From Chiloscyllium plagiosum (taxonomy: Eukaryota), in contig NC_057744.1 in NCBI RefSeq assembly GCF_004010195.1, forward strand, positions 4,703,589 to 4,752,391: a stretch of 48,803 nucleotides of DNA, written 5' to 3'. Positions 11,215 to 23,985 of the stretch are shown piece by piece. How positions within the stretch are numbered: the stretch's first letter is position 1; each line of letters opens with the position of its first letter. The translations under genes and the position numbers were made by a program. Under the pieces are notes generated by a model, which saw nothing but the letters and a program-made list of their open reading frames with translations, made no database searches and had not been told where the DNA came from.

Positions 11215-12625
11215 ATGCAGAAGATGTAGTGCAGCTTGGTGACTTTAACTATTCCCATCAGGAATCTGGCCGTGGAGTCCAATTCATTGTCAGCCCCTCT
11301 GGATCGTCTATCCGCATCGATGATGCAGTTGAAGTCTCCGGACAGAATGAGCGGCCTGGAGGTAGCCAGCAGCAGTGGGAGCTGCTGCAGGATGGCCAGC
11401 CATTCAATCTTTACCCCTGGGGTGTACACGTTAGTTAGTCTCAGGGGAGCGTTTCTGTATGTAATGTCTGCTACAAGGAGATGTCAGCCCACCACCTTCT
11501 TAACCTTGGAGATAGTGAAGTAACCTCCTTGCAGCAGGATACCCATGCTGGAGGAAGGGCAAACCCCACTCCTGACCAAACTGAAGGCCTATGGGCCCAT
11601 AAGCTTGACCATCTCCTGCAGCTGCTGAGGTGCGGTATCCCACAGCCCTGCAGAAAGAGGAGGTCTGCTTTGATGTTGGCCAGGTAAGCCAATGGCGAAG
11701 GACATCACAAAGTAGATTTAACGCTATGCAAGTTAATGCTGACAATTTCAACACCCATTTTGAGAGTTTGTAGAATTATTACCTGTAGACCCAACATCTG
11801 TTCACCTGCAGTCTTGCCACTGGGGGAGTTCCCCATATTCCTGTGTTGGGCACTCTCAGCACAGAGGTAGCTGTCCTGTTCCCTCTTGGGGGGTAGATTG
11901 CCCTGATCTGGTGTCATCAGGGTGAGAACGAGGCTAAGATGTTCCGGTTCAGGGTCTGACAAAGGCACTGTCGTGCTCTGCTCCTGATTCGGAGAGTCAT
12001 AGTACATTAAACATTACAGCGCAGAACAGGCCGTTTGGCCCTCCATGCTGTGCCAGCCTTTTATCCTACTCTAAGATCAGACTAACCTACATACCCTTCA
12101 TTTTACTATCGTCCATGCGCCTATCCAAGATTCGCGTAAATGTCCCTAATGTATCTGACTCTACTACCACTACTGGCAGTGCATTCCACACACCCACCAC
12201 ACTCTGAGTTGCTGCTCCTGGTTTCCCTGTGGGTACCTGCGATTCCCAACGGCCAGAGGTTAGGCTTCACAGGGCCCCACAGGATATTTATGAGTTGGGT
12301 TGTGCTCCTCTCCTTCTCCCCCCGTGGTGCTGTGCCTCTTTTTGTTAGTGACCGTCCCGAACCAGGAGGGTCCCAATTTGTTTTCCTCTTCCAGTTGTTT
12401 CTCACTGGTATCCCCTCCCCTGCCTCCCTCATTTCCTCCTCCTCCACTGACTCTGTCTGTTCAGGTAGAGGTTGGGTCAGTTGTTATTCCTCCACGTTGG
12501 CTAACTTTTCCTCCTTTCTGGTCTGTCCCGCCTTCCAGATGCCCTTCATTTCAGTTTTCTTGTTGGACGGTGGCACCTTACTGACCACTGGGAAGTTCAC
12601 AGCTCACGTGGTCATTTCCATCATC
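11215..12625 (-). mobile_element. L1/Tx1-clade LINE fragment (ORF1 remnant and APE endonuclease N-terminus)
   Basis: MGVEIVSINLHSVKS / YLANIKADLLFLQ.CGIPH / W....SVWSG / NVY.P / RPLILSGDFNCIID (APE motifs, frameshifted); acidic low-complexity ORF1-like piece upstream. Confidence 0.8.
11995..12208 (-). mobile_element. CR1 3' end nested inside the Tx1 element
   Basis: acagcgcagaacaggccgtttggccc...ggcagtgcattccacacacccaccac (reverse complement of RVVGVWNALP). Confidence 0.8.
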
Positions 12626-13244
12626 TGAGCATAAGTTGTCACCAAATCAGACACTCAGAAACATTCAATAACTCCCTCCATCTGACATCTCTGCATTAGG
12701 AGGTATTTTTGGTTTCCCACCTTTCAATTTTTTAAAAATCTCTTTGTAACGTTTACTCTGAATGTGCACAGTTTCAGTTTGTTGATCATCTTTCATGTGG
12801 GACCTCAAATTTCACATTCTCCAAGAGTTTTCAAGACTGCAATGAGGTAGTCACTTACAGAAAGGAGTTGAGGATGTTAATGAGGCAACATCTCCCCTCA
12901 CCCTCTCCTATGGAATCCACAATGCCACTGTCTATTAGACGGATTGTACAGACTGATTTCAATATTTTCCAGCATTCCTAGGATTAGTGCGAACCTTCCC
13001 TGTCTGCCGAACACCATCACCGTCACCATCATCGGCATTGTCACCTCAGTTCCTTCCAAGCCAATCTCTCAAAATTGGGACACAACAACATTTGGATACG
13101 AGAACATCAAAGAGATCGAGGCAGAGGGTAAGATAACAAGTTGGACAGATGGAAGATACAGCCACAAATGGGAGCAAATGTTCAAAATTTTCCCACCAGC
13201 ACACAAGGCTTGGCACACTCATAGGAGTGAATTCCATTGCTACA

Positions 13245-14725
13245 CGCAAACTTGATTGAGTTTTTTGAGTAAGTAACATAGAGGATTGATGAGGGCAGAG
13301 CAGTAGATGTGATCTATATGGATTTCAGTAAGGCGTTCGACAAGGTTCCCCATGGGAGACTGATTAGCAAGGTTAAATCTCACAGAATACAGGGAGAACT
13401 AGCCAAATGGCCTGAGTATTGAAGGTGCTAAACACCTTTTTAACAACCCTTTCTACCTATGATGCAACTTTCAAAGAACTATATACTGGACCCTTCAGTT
13501 CTCTCTGGTTGACAACTCTATCTAGGGCCTTACTATTAACACTATAAGTCCTGCTCTTGTTTGCTTTACCAAAATTCAACACCTCACATTTATACAAATT
13601 AAACTCCATCTGCCAATCTTCAGAACATACATTTTCTTTCTCTCTCCTGTCTAAAGCTGTTTTCCTGAAATACAGTTTACTTGTGTATTCCCCTGTCTGC
13701 CAGCAGGAGTTTTTTTTAATCAAGTTGGATGATTAGCAGGTGACTTTTCTCATCACAGGATGTGACAGTTGCGGAATAGTGTAAATCAGAGATACGGTTT
13801 CTTCATGCCCGAGGTTAGGTCTCATGGAATACAGGGAGAACTAGCCATTTGGATACAGAACTGGCTTAAAGGTAGAAGACAGAGGGTGGTGGTGGAGGGT
13901 TGTTTTTCAGACTGGAGGCCTGTGACCAGTGGAGTGCCACAAGGATTGGTGCTGGGTCCTCTACTTTTTGTCATTTATATAAATGATTTGGATGTGAGCA
14001 AAGGAGGTATGGTTAGTAAGTTTGCAGATGACACCAAAATTGGAGGTGTAGTGGACAGCGAAGAAGGGTACCTCAGTTTACAACAGGATCTGGACCAGAT
14101 GGGCCAATGGGCTGAGAAGTGGCAGNNNNNNNNNNNNNNNNNNNNNNNNNNNNNNNNNNNNNNGCCACTGTTGGAATATTGCATGCAATTCTGGTCTCCT
14201 TCCTATCGGAGAGATGTTGTGAAACTTGAAAGGGCTCAGAAAAGATTTACAAGGATGTTGCCAGGGTTGGAGGATTTGAGCTTTAGGGAGAGGCTGAACA
14301 GGCTGGGGCTGTTTTCCCTGAAACATCGGAGACTGAGGGGTGACCTTATAAAGGTTTACAAAATTATGAGGGGCATGGATAGGATAAATAGACAAAGTAT
14401 TTTCCCTGGGGTCGGGGAGTCCAGAACTACAGGGCATAGGTTTAGGGTGAGAGGGGAAAGATATAAAAGAGACCTAAGGGTCAACTTTTTCACACACAGG
14501 GTGGTACGTGTATGGAATGAGCTGCCGGAGGAAGTGGTGGAGGCTAGTACAATTGCGACATTTAAGAGGCATTTGGATGTGTATATGAATAGGAAGGGTT
14601 TGGAGGGGTATGGGCCGGGTGCTGGCAGGTGCGACTAGATTGGGTTGGGATATCTGGTCGGCGTGGACAAGTTGGACTGAAGGGTCTGTTTCCATATTGT
14701 ACATCTCTATGACTTTATGACTCTA
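13245..14725 (+). mobile_element. CR1 LINE RT region, interrupted at 13406-13810 by an inverted copy of 5249-5653
   Basis: NLIEFF, VDVIYMDFSKAFDKVPH, then SGVPQGLVLGPLLFVIYINDLD, KFADDTK, RLRGDLI and a 3' tail. Confidence 0.92.
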
Positions 14726-14889
14726 TCTACACTGTTTCTACACAGTTGGAATGCTGCCTCCACCATACTGCGTCACATCCTTTTTAATTCTTTGATGAAT
14801 CTGTTTCTACCAAGGCCAGCACTTTATGTTAACCTCGAACTGACTAGCTTGTCACAATTGTTTCAGAGAGCTGTTGAGATGTTGTTTTT

Positions 14890-15210
14890 ATTCGTTCACA
14901 AGATGTGAGCTTCTCTGGCTGGCCCAGCATTTATTGCCCATCCCTAATTGCCCAGAGGGCAGATAAGAGTCAACCACATTACTGTGAGTCTGGAGTCATA
15001 TGTAGGTTATATCAAGTAAGTACAACAGATTTCCTTGTCTAAAGGACAATAGAAGAGATTTTCAGATAATTTACAAAGTTTCATTGTTGTTATTAAACCC
15101 TTATTTCCAGATTTTTATTGAATCCAAATTCCACCATTTACTATTGTGGGATTTGAACACATGGCCCCAGAACATTTGCCTAGGCCTCTGAATTACTCGG
15201 GCATAATATG
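14890..15210 (-). mobile_element. tRNA-derived SINE with LINE-like 3' tail (family also at 7890-8120 -, 16230-16495 +, 32120-32440 +, 38605-38940 +)
   Basis: Recurrent cccagcatttattgcccatccctaattgccc and ccatctggttcactaat motifs in five copies. Confidence 0.7.
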
Positions 15211-15724
15211 GTCACAATATCACCAACTTCTGAATTATCCAATTACTCCTATATTCTCACTCTTTCTCCTCATTACATTAGATTCAGAGAGTTATTGATG
15301 TGTCAGGGTGCAATCTCATTGTCAGTTTACTGTCCCTTTAGGACCAGGATTAGATTTGAAAATGTGCCTGACATCGTTCAAAATACAAAACATCTTAAGC
15401 TCATAAGAATCTCAGCCGAATTTGGCAAAGAGAGTTATTCAAAAAACAAACTAAATGAATGCATCGAAATAGCCTTTCAGGTGTAGAATTGATGCACAGC
15501 ACATTAATAAAATACATAGTTCATTGACAGCTACTCATTGGTCTTCCATCTGATGCATGTATTAGCTAATCTCTATTTACTGCACTTACATCTCAGTTAC
15601 AGGAACATTGCCAGAGGATATTTCACGCAATTAACTCTGCAAGTACTGAGCTTTTGTTATCAAACTAATTTTGCAAGTGGTGGCATTGTGCAGGGTCATG
15701 GGATTAGTAATCGGGGGTGACCTG

Positions 15725-16220
15725 GATAGATATAGACATAGAGACATAGAAAAGTACAGCACAGAACAGGCCCTTTGGCCCACGATGTTGTGCTGAGGTT
15801 TAATCCTAATGTAAAATATAATAACTTAACCTATGCACCCCTCAACTCACTGTTATCCATGTGCATGTCCAGCAGTCGCTAAAATGTCCCCAATGACTCT
15901 GCTTCCACCACCACAGCTGGCAACGCATTCCATGCATTCACAGCTCTCTGCATAAAGAACCTACCTCTGCCATCTCCTTTATACCTTCCTCCTAATATCT
16001 TCAAACTATGATTTCTCATACCAGTCAATCCTGCCCTGGGGAAAAGTCTCTGGCTATCGACTCCATCCATGTCTCTCATTACCTTGTATACCTCGATCAG
16101 GTCTCCTCTCTTGCTCCTTCTCTCCAGAGAGAAAAGTCCAAGCTTATTCAACCTTTCTTTCATAAGGCAAGACCTCCAGTCCAGGCAGCCTGGTAAACCT
16201 TCTTTGCACCCTCTCCAAAA
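15725..16220 (-). mobile_element. CR1 LINE 3' end
   Basis: ERLNKLGLFSLERR..RGDLIEVYK..FF.QRAVNAWNALP; (agacatag)n tail. Confidence 0.9.
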
Positions 16221-18829
16221 CCCAAGTTGGTAATTAGTAGAATTTGAATTCAGTAATTCCAGAAAACAAAGCTGGTCTCAGTATTGGTGATTGATGGTTA
16301 TGAATACACAAGTGTTCACTAATACCCTTCAAGAAAAGAAATCTGCCATCCTTACCCAGTCTGGCCTTCAATTGACTCCAGACCCACAAGAAGGTGGTTG
16401 GCTCTTGGTAGACTAGTAGGTCATTCGATTCAAGGGAAATCAGGGGTTTGTAATAAATACTAGCCAGGTCAGTGATGCCCATGTGACAGAATAACTAAAA
16501 CCCTTGCCTATGATAGGTGAAGCGGTCTCCTACCATGCTGTCCCAGTCTATAATTCCAAACAGACAATTAGAATCATAGAAACAATGTTAATTACCTCAG
16601 AAGCACAGAATGTTTATAGCGCTGAAGAAGGCCATTCAGCCCATCATGTCTGTACAAGAGAACACAGACATCTAGTGAGAAACACAAGGGCTTGTTGAGG
16701 AGTGGAAAGCTCAAGACCATTTGGCCTATCATGTGACATCCTCCACAGATCTTGTACCATTTGCTTTTGTCATAGGTTTTCCTGACTCCAACAACTTGCA
16801 TTGATATAGCACCTTCAAAGTAGTTTTTAAAAAAGACCTTCTGAAATTTTAAACCAACTGACCCAAAATTATGTTTCTGTGAAACATATGTCACCCCTCT
16901 AAGCTGGTGAGGAAGTTCTCCCAGATATTAACTGGCATTAGCAGTCTTAAGATACAGTCCGTACATATAATGGATATATTAATGGTCTGATGACTCTGAC
17001 AGCAATGCACATAATGCAGCAGAGATGAAGAACTGGACATTAGACAGCATCAAGACACCAGAATGCTCAGAAAAGAAACTGTACCAAGACAGTTGTATTT
17101 GATCTGATGCTTATCCGAGTGTAAGTAAAGAGTTTTTAGTATTGCAGAGAGGTGAGAGTCTTACTCTATGTTGAGGAACAGTTGGAGGTTTAGGGGATCC
17201 AGACCAGTAGCAACCAAGTTCGAGAGGGAGCAGCCTTTAAGAGTGCAGTTTAGACATCCAAGACCTGGGAAACAATGTAACTCACAGCACAGTTATAACA
17301 GGGTTCCCTAGAGATAGGAACAATGGCTGCAGACAAACCATAACAATTGGACAAACTTCTGGATTTCGCAAAGGGAACAGCCAACAATCTAATTGTGTCA
17401 GGAACCAGCATTGCAGTGTAGCATCTGCTGACTTACAGCAGGGATGGGTGAGGAATTTGGAGCAAAGTTGGAAAGGTAGAGTTCAGACACTTCAAAAGAG
17501 TGGGGTCAATGGATATACCAGGAATTTGGTCAATGGGATTGTGGAATGCGGTTATGAAAGTGATAACAAGATGGCGGTTAGTTTGGATTAAGATCGATGA
17601 ATGGCAAAAGCTAGTTAGTCCTAATTTTTGTTTTTATTTACAAAAGTATAGGTTTGCTGACGTCAAATCCATTTGCTCGGTTTTGCTTCCCCACTCCTTC
17701 ATATCCTTACCTAACAAAAGATCACTGGTCACAGTACTGAGAGCTCCTCTCATTCCTGTGGGACCATTATGTTGGAATCGGGCAGTGGAGTGAAGGTGTT
17801 GCTGGTGAGAAACCAATATTTTCTCTTGCAGCATAAAAGAAAGTGTTACACTGGTGCTACTCAGTCCTGTCACTTAAACATATCATGAACTAACAGGCAG
17901 CTGTTACCCATGAAATAAGAACCCAGCACTTCAAAGTGAGCCAGGATCGAGACAAGGAGCTGCAGTAAGCAGAAATGTTTACTTGTCCAGATAGCTTGCT
18001 TTGGTATGTGGCACTGCAAGGGCTGCTTGGCTCAGTGTCTTTTGCGGACTGCTCAGAGGGCAAGGGACATGAGTCTAGAAATAGGTACCTGCTCTATGTC
18101 AGACAGTAACTCAAACCTCAGCCAGGAAACAACTTTCATTCCAAGAGCAGTCTTGAGGTAAGATGGAGCTAATTAAATAAGGTGGCACAAAGACAAAATG
18201 GTCTGATACTTGGACAGGGGGTAGGGAATGTAACAAAGAGAATGCTATATTTGTCTTTCTTCCTTCCTGTTTAGAAATAACAGGGCACTGAAGGATAGTA
18301 TAGGGCTGATGTCTTGCAACCCAACCTATGTAATCAACCTGGCTGATCCCTTAGCAAAACGTTAATGAAACAAGGAGTCCCATGTCCTGGTATTGTGGTT
18401 TCTTGGTAAACACACTAAGTGCACTAAAATCAAATTATTTTTCAATTTGGGTATTACAGTTTCACACCAGCACAGTCTGAGTACACATCTCTTTTTTTCC
18501 TATCAATGTGTCTCTCACATCATTATCTTGCACCCTGCTTTGTTTCCAAGAGCCTTTTCTCACCCACATTGTGCATTTGAAAGATATCTTTCACAATCTC
18601 TGAAAACCCTAAATAATTTGCAGTCAATGAAGTGATTATGAACTTGAGTCAATATACGCTGTATTATGGGAAAAATGACAGCCAAACTGAGACCTGCACA
18701 CTTGGCCAAATAGTCTGTTTTAGTGATATTTTAGCAAAGATGGCTGACTGCAACTGGACAGAGCCCACGTGAGGCCACACTGTGTGCAAAGTTAGTCTTC
18801 TTATCTGAGGAAGGGGTAAGTCATTTAAT

Positions 18830-19075
18830 GAGATGAGGAGAAATTTCGTCACCCAGAGTGATGAACCTGTAAAATACTCTGCTATAGAAAGCAGTCAAGG
18901 CCAAAACATACAATGTTTTTGAGAGGGGTTAGATATAATTCTTAGGGCTGACTGAATCAAAGAGTTAGGGAGAAAGTCTGAACAGGGGACTGAGTAATGA
19001 ACCAAGATCAAATTGAATGACAGAGCAGGCTTGAAGGGCTGAATGGCCTACTCCTTTTTTATGTGTGTTTCTATG
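18830..19075 (+). mobile_element. CR1 3' end, decayed
   Basis: gagatgaggagaaattt..cacccagag...gcaggcttgaagggctgaatggcctactcct. Confidence 0.8.
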
Positions 19076-19634
19076 TTGGTTGTGGGATATGTTTTGACAA
19101 GGATACAGTGGAGAACTCCACTATTCTTTATTGAATAGTTTCATGATCAGACTTCATGAGAGGGCAGAGAGAACTGCAATTTTCAATTTGAACCAAAGCA
19201 TGGTACCCCTGACAATGCAGCACCCCCATGGCATGGCATTTTGGTGTCAGCCTAACCTTTGTGACATTTTCCATGGATCCTGAGAATGTGTCATTAGTGT
19301 AAGGCATTTACAAGCTTGACAAAAAAGAGGTACGTTTTTAAGGAAGGTCTTGATGGAACTTGTTGGAGGGCAGAGATGTTTTGATTTAAAATTCTTAGAG
19401 GCTCGAATCTTGTAATTTCCTAGAATGGCTGTTCTTCATGTTGGTTCTGATCTCAGTGCATTGAGCAGGATCTAGGTTTGTCCAAACCAAAAGGAAACAG
19501 AAGCCGAGGGTTACAAATGGACCTGAGCTTCTCCAAGATGGGAAATGAAAAGAAACAGAAAGGTTAAGGCAATAATCAGGTCAATGATGATCTTACTGAA
19601 TGGAGCAGTCTTGATAGGTCAAATAGGTAAAAAC

Positions 19635-20212
19635 AAGGACTGCAGATACTGGAAACCAGAGTCTAGATCAGAGTGGTGCTGGAAAAGCACAACAGGTCAG
19701 GCAGCATCCGAGGAGCAGGAAAATCGACGCTTCGGGCAAACGCCCTTCATCAGGATAGAGGCAGGGTGCCTGCAGAGTGGAGAGATATGTTATAGAGGGG
19801 TGGGGGTGGGGAGAAAGTAGCATAGAGTACAATAGGTGAATGGGGTTGGGGATGGAGGTGATAGGTCAGGGGGAGGGTGGAGTGGATAGGTGGAAAGGAA
19901 GATAGGCAGGTAGGACAGGTCATGAGAGTGGTGCTGAGCTGGAAGGTTGGACCAATTCCTGATGAAGGGTTTTTGCCCGAAACATCAATTTTCCTGCTCC
20001 TCGGATGCTCCCTGGCCTGCTGTGCTTTTCCAGCACCACTCTAATCCAGATTCTACTTTCTCCCCACCCCCACCCCCTTATAATGTATTTGTTCACTCTA
20101 CGGGCAGCCTGCCTCTACTCCTGATGAAGGGCTTTTGCCCGAAACGTCGATTTTCCTGCTCCTCGGATGCTGCCTGACCTCCTGTGCTTTTCCAGCACCA
20201 CTCTAATCTAGC
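19635..20212. mobile_element. Penelope-like terminal-repeat cluster: one minus copy followed by two plus copies, each with a hammerhead core
   Basis: 19635-19950 (-), 19955-20050 (+), 20055-20212 (+). Cores at 19726-19753 (-, GAAGC variant), 19959-19987 and 20121-20148. Confidence 0.82.
20121..20148 (+). ncRNA. Minimal hammerhead ribozyme core
   Basis: CTGATGA-a-gggc-tttt-gccc-GAAAC-GTC-ga, with all conserved core nucleotides present. Confidence 0.78.
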
Positions 20213-21964
20213 CCCTTGATAAGTCAAATAGTCTATCCCTGCTCCCAATTGTTTTGACTTTACAACTTTCACTCTAGGTCACAGTCCTTTATGTCTCCAT
20301 TGGAGAGTGGACAGTGTGTGTAGATCAAGTACACTGCATTATACTGAATCAACACACTATTATTTAAAATAGTTTAATGGCATGAACTATATTCAACCTC
20401 AAAGATGGCAAATGTAAACGTAGTTTAGTTACTGCATGGGCCCCGCTCTCAACAACAGCTTTCTAGGCTGATGGATTGAAGAAAATATAAGAAGAAACAT
20501 CAGAACACCGTGCAGCATTATTTGAATCACATTTACTTTATTTTTAACCTTGTTACAACTAACAGATATCCAGTACCCTTTACAATCCCCCTCATATAAT
20601 ATTGGCAGTACTGAAAACATCCCCCCCAAATGGGGAAAACACCATGTAAAATATATAAAAACAGTAACAGTTGTCAAATACCTCAACCCTTTTCGACATT
20701 AGTCGGCAAAATGTTGTAGTGAGTCAATACGTACTTGAGCATTGGCGGAGTTGATTTATGGTGGCTATTTGGAGTGAAATTTAAAGCTTAGTTCTGTTGG
20801 GATATCACATAAATAACAAAACGGATAGGGATGGAGCTTTGCTGGTGCATAAAAACTGGGAAATTTACAGAAAAATCTGTAAAAAGGAAGTCATCGAGCA
20901 AAATAAAGTTTGCTGAGGAGTTTCCAGGAATTAAACAGTGCCTCCTGGACATGGCTATCAGCTAAAGCCCGTAGGAAGAATATCATCTTGTTACAAATGG
21001 TGATCAGTTCCCGCAAACACTTTTGTCAGTTACAAAAATATCAAAATGGGTGAGAAAGAAATAAAAAGCATTTGATATTTCATCAGGAACGATCCATTTA
21101 GGTCACAAAGAATCTGTTTGTTTTCCCATTGCCTGTGGGAAGAGAGGGGACCACACTGACCAATGTGTGGGACGAATAATGACAAGTGCCAGGGTGGGGG
21201 TGCGGCATTGGTGATGTGCATTGGTTTGTGGGGAGGTCAGATATCGTGCGATGAAACTGCCTGGATTACAGCAACTCAGAATTGACAGCTCAGACTAAAG
21301 TGGAAATATGTCCCCCATCACCAACAGGGTCAGGAACTGAGGCCCCATTGTACCTAAATTTACAATTGCCTTTCCCATCTGGATTGGGAGGAGCCCATTC
21401 TGCCCAGCAAGTCTTTTCCACCAGTTCGGAAGACCTGTGATGTAACTCCCCATGCTGAATCTCCTACTCTCAGAGTTGGCGAGTGTGGAGATGGGATGGG
21501 TGTTCAACTAGGGGGCATAGAAGCACCCTCAGAACTCCACTGTTTTCCCATCTCTGCCAGAACTAATTTCGAGGTGGTAAAGCCTATGGTCAACTTTGCC
21601 ATCTTGTTGCCATCTGAGGCCAACTAGTGACTGTTTAAGGACCTCAACAAGCCTCCACCCCTGGCATTGTCCCAGCTGTAGTAGTTATTCAGTGTGGATG
21701 CTGGCTACAACCCCGTGGGCAACTTGTCATCCCAGAGATGGGGGATCCTGCAATCAAAGGTACTCAATACCTGACTGACAGTCTGGACAATAGACAGAGG
21801 GGGCACTGCAAGGAACCACATCCCACCTTTGCCTAAATTTTTGGTCCCTGCAAACCCCAATCCAGGAAACCATCAGTGAGTTACTTACTTCTGTCTTGGC
21901 TCCACTGTGATCCTTGGGAATTGCTTTATCAGCAGCCATGGCTATCTCCTGCTGAGTGCTGTTC

Positions 21965-22155
21965 CATCCCCAACCCCATTCACCTATTGTACACTTTGCT
22001 ACCTTCTCCCCAGCCCCCCCCCCCATTTATCTCTCCACCCTGGAGGCTCCCTGCCTCCATTCCTGATGAAGGGCTTTTGCCCGAAACGTCAATTTTCCTG
22101 ATCCTCGGATGCTGCCTGACCTGCTGTGCTTTTCCAGCACCACTCTGATCTAGCC
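21965..22155 (+). mobile_element. Penelope-like 3' module with an intact hammerhead core (22063-22090)
   Basis: attcCTGATGAagggcttttgcccGAAACGTC followed by cctcggatgctgcctgacctgctgtgcttttccagcaccactct. Confidence 0.82.
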
Positions 22156-22914
22156 TCCTGTGGAGGCCTGCCTGCAGTTCCAAAAGTGTTCTCTAGGGAG
22201 CTCTGGTGCTGTCGGAAAGTTCAGATAGTGGGTCACCTTCCCACTAATGGGCAGAACTCCCATTCGGAGCTTGTTTAACACCTCCTCCCCTCCCACCCCA
22301 CAGCCTTACTGTTTGTGAGTGGGCTTCTAACCAGTCAGTTAATTGGCTCCTGATCTTTTCTCTGGGTTATTGGAAGTGGGGCAGCAATCAGTATGCCAAA
22401 CCATTGCCTCTAATTTTCAACACTGAGTCTCAACTATACACCACTTAACATCTCCAGAACTTTGGTGAAGTAACTCTTCAATCTTCTGAATTCCAAGGAA
22501 TCCAACCCTGGTTTGTGTAAACGTTCCTGTTTAGTTTAACCAGGTATTATCCTGAATCTGGTTATCATTCGGATACATCCCCATCCATTCCAAATGTGCC
22601 TCTGTATGCTCATCAAAAGCACTTGCAATTAGAGATGGCCTTCAGGCTGAAACCCATGACAACTAAAAAAAGTGGCTTATTTCAATCTTGTTTGTGCACA
22701 GCTTCTGGACAGACGCCGAGTGAGTCTGGTACACCTGTTCCAGGAAACAAGTGCTACTCAGCTGGTGAGGGGTTGAAGGTTAGTTGGAGTCCTGAGGTCT
22801 TAAGGAATATCCCAAATACAGCAATGCAAGGAAGTGAGAGAAAGGGCGTGTTTCAGACTATCTTTCACTTCCTGAGCTGACTCAACCTCAGTCTGCTCAC
22901 TTGAGACAAAACTA

Positions 22915-23985
22915 AAAATCACACAACACCAGGTTATCATCCTACAGGTTTATTTGAAAGTACAAGCTTTTGGAGAGGTGCTACTTTGTCAGGTCACTAG
23001 TGGGGCAGAATACAAAGGACACAGAATTCATAAGTGAAAGGTCAAAGTGTCATACAACTGATGCGATGTATTAACCAAACCTAAATGGCTGTTAAGTCTT
23101 TAATCGCTTAGAATGGTGACACAGGTTTTGATTGATTAATATGTAAATCCCAGAATTTCTTTCCAGTCACAGCCTCAAGATAACAAAGTTTTATCAATAT
23201 ATTAATAAAAGGTGACATCTCGGCTCAGACAATGCATTAAAGGCATGAGGTCAGAGTCTGTCTGTATCTCATCCTGGAGTCAAAATGGTTTTATTTCCAA
23301 AGCAGGAATTTATAAAATGTCACATTGACTGACTGCCTACAGATTGTGTGTTTTTTGAACAAAATAGACTGTATCTGCAAATACAATTCTGCAAATGCAA
23401 ATTAACCCCATAGATTTATATGTATGTGTGCATGAGAGGGAGAGAGTGTGTGTGTTTGCCTATTTGTGTGTGCACAAGTGTGATGAAATATATTCCTGTC
23501 AGAGGGTCTGCATATGAGTGTGTGTGTGAGAGAGAGGTTGTGTGTGTGTATGTGTGAGAGTCGATATTGTGGTGGGGTCAGTTGTAGTGTGACATGAACC
23601 CAAGATCCTGGTTGAGGCCATCTTCATGAGGACTGAACTTGGCTATGAGCCCCTGCTCGACCACTCTGCGTTGTTGCATATCCCAAAGACCGTCTTGGAG
23701 GACGTTCACCCAAAGATCCAAGGCCGAACGTCCCTGACCGCTGAAGTGATCTCCCACTGGGAGGGAACACCTCTGTCTGGCGATTGCTGTGTAGTGTCCA
23801 TTCATCTGTTGTCTTTCACTTTGACCTTTTACTTAAAAATCCTATGTAATCTGCCCCACTAGCTACCTGACAAAGGGCAGCACTCCAAAAGCTTGTACTT
23901 TCAAATAAACCTGTTGGACCAAAGCCTGGTGTTGTGTGATTTTTAACTTTGTCCACTCAAGTCCAACACAGGACCTCAGCATCGT
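22915..23985 (-). mobile_element. Penelope-like element 3' part (GIY-YIG C-terminus) with an inverted terminal copy
   Basis: ORF 23578-23805 MNGH..I...SLPVGDHFS..G.SA.DL.V.VLQ.GL....QRRVVEQ.LIAKF....DGLN.DLGF; 22915-23000 is inverted relative to 23860-23948; internal (GT)n/(GA)n tract. Confidence 0.85.

Noticed and set aside
17000-18300. Possible SCN4B exons or Gypsy remnant in unique-looking sequence
   Set aside because: No Ig-domain, gag or pol motifs recognisable in the frames I examined.
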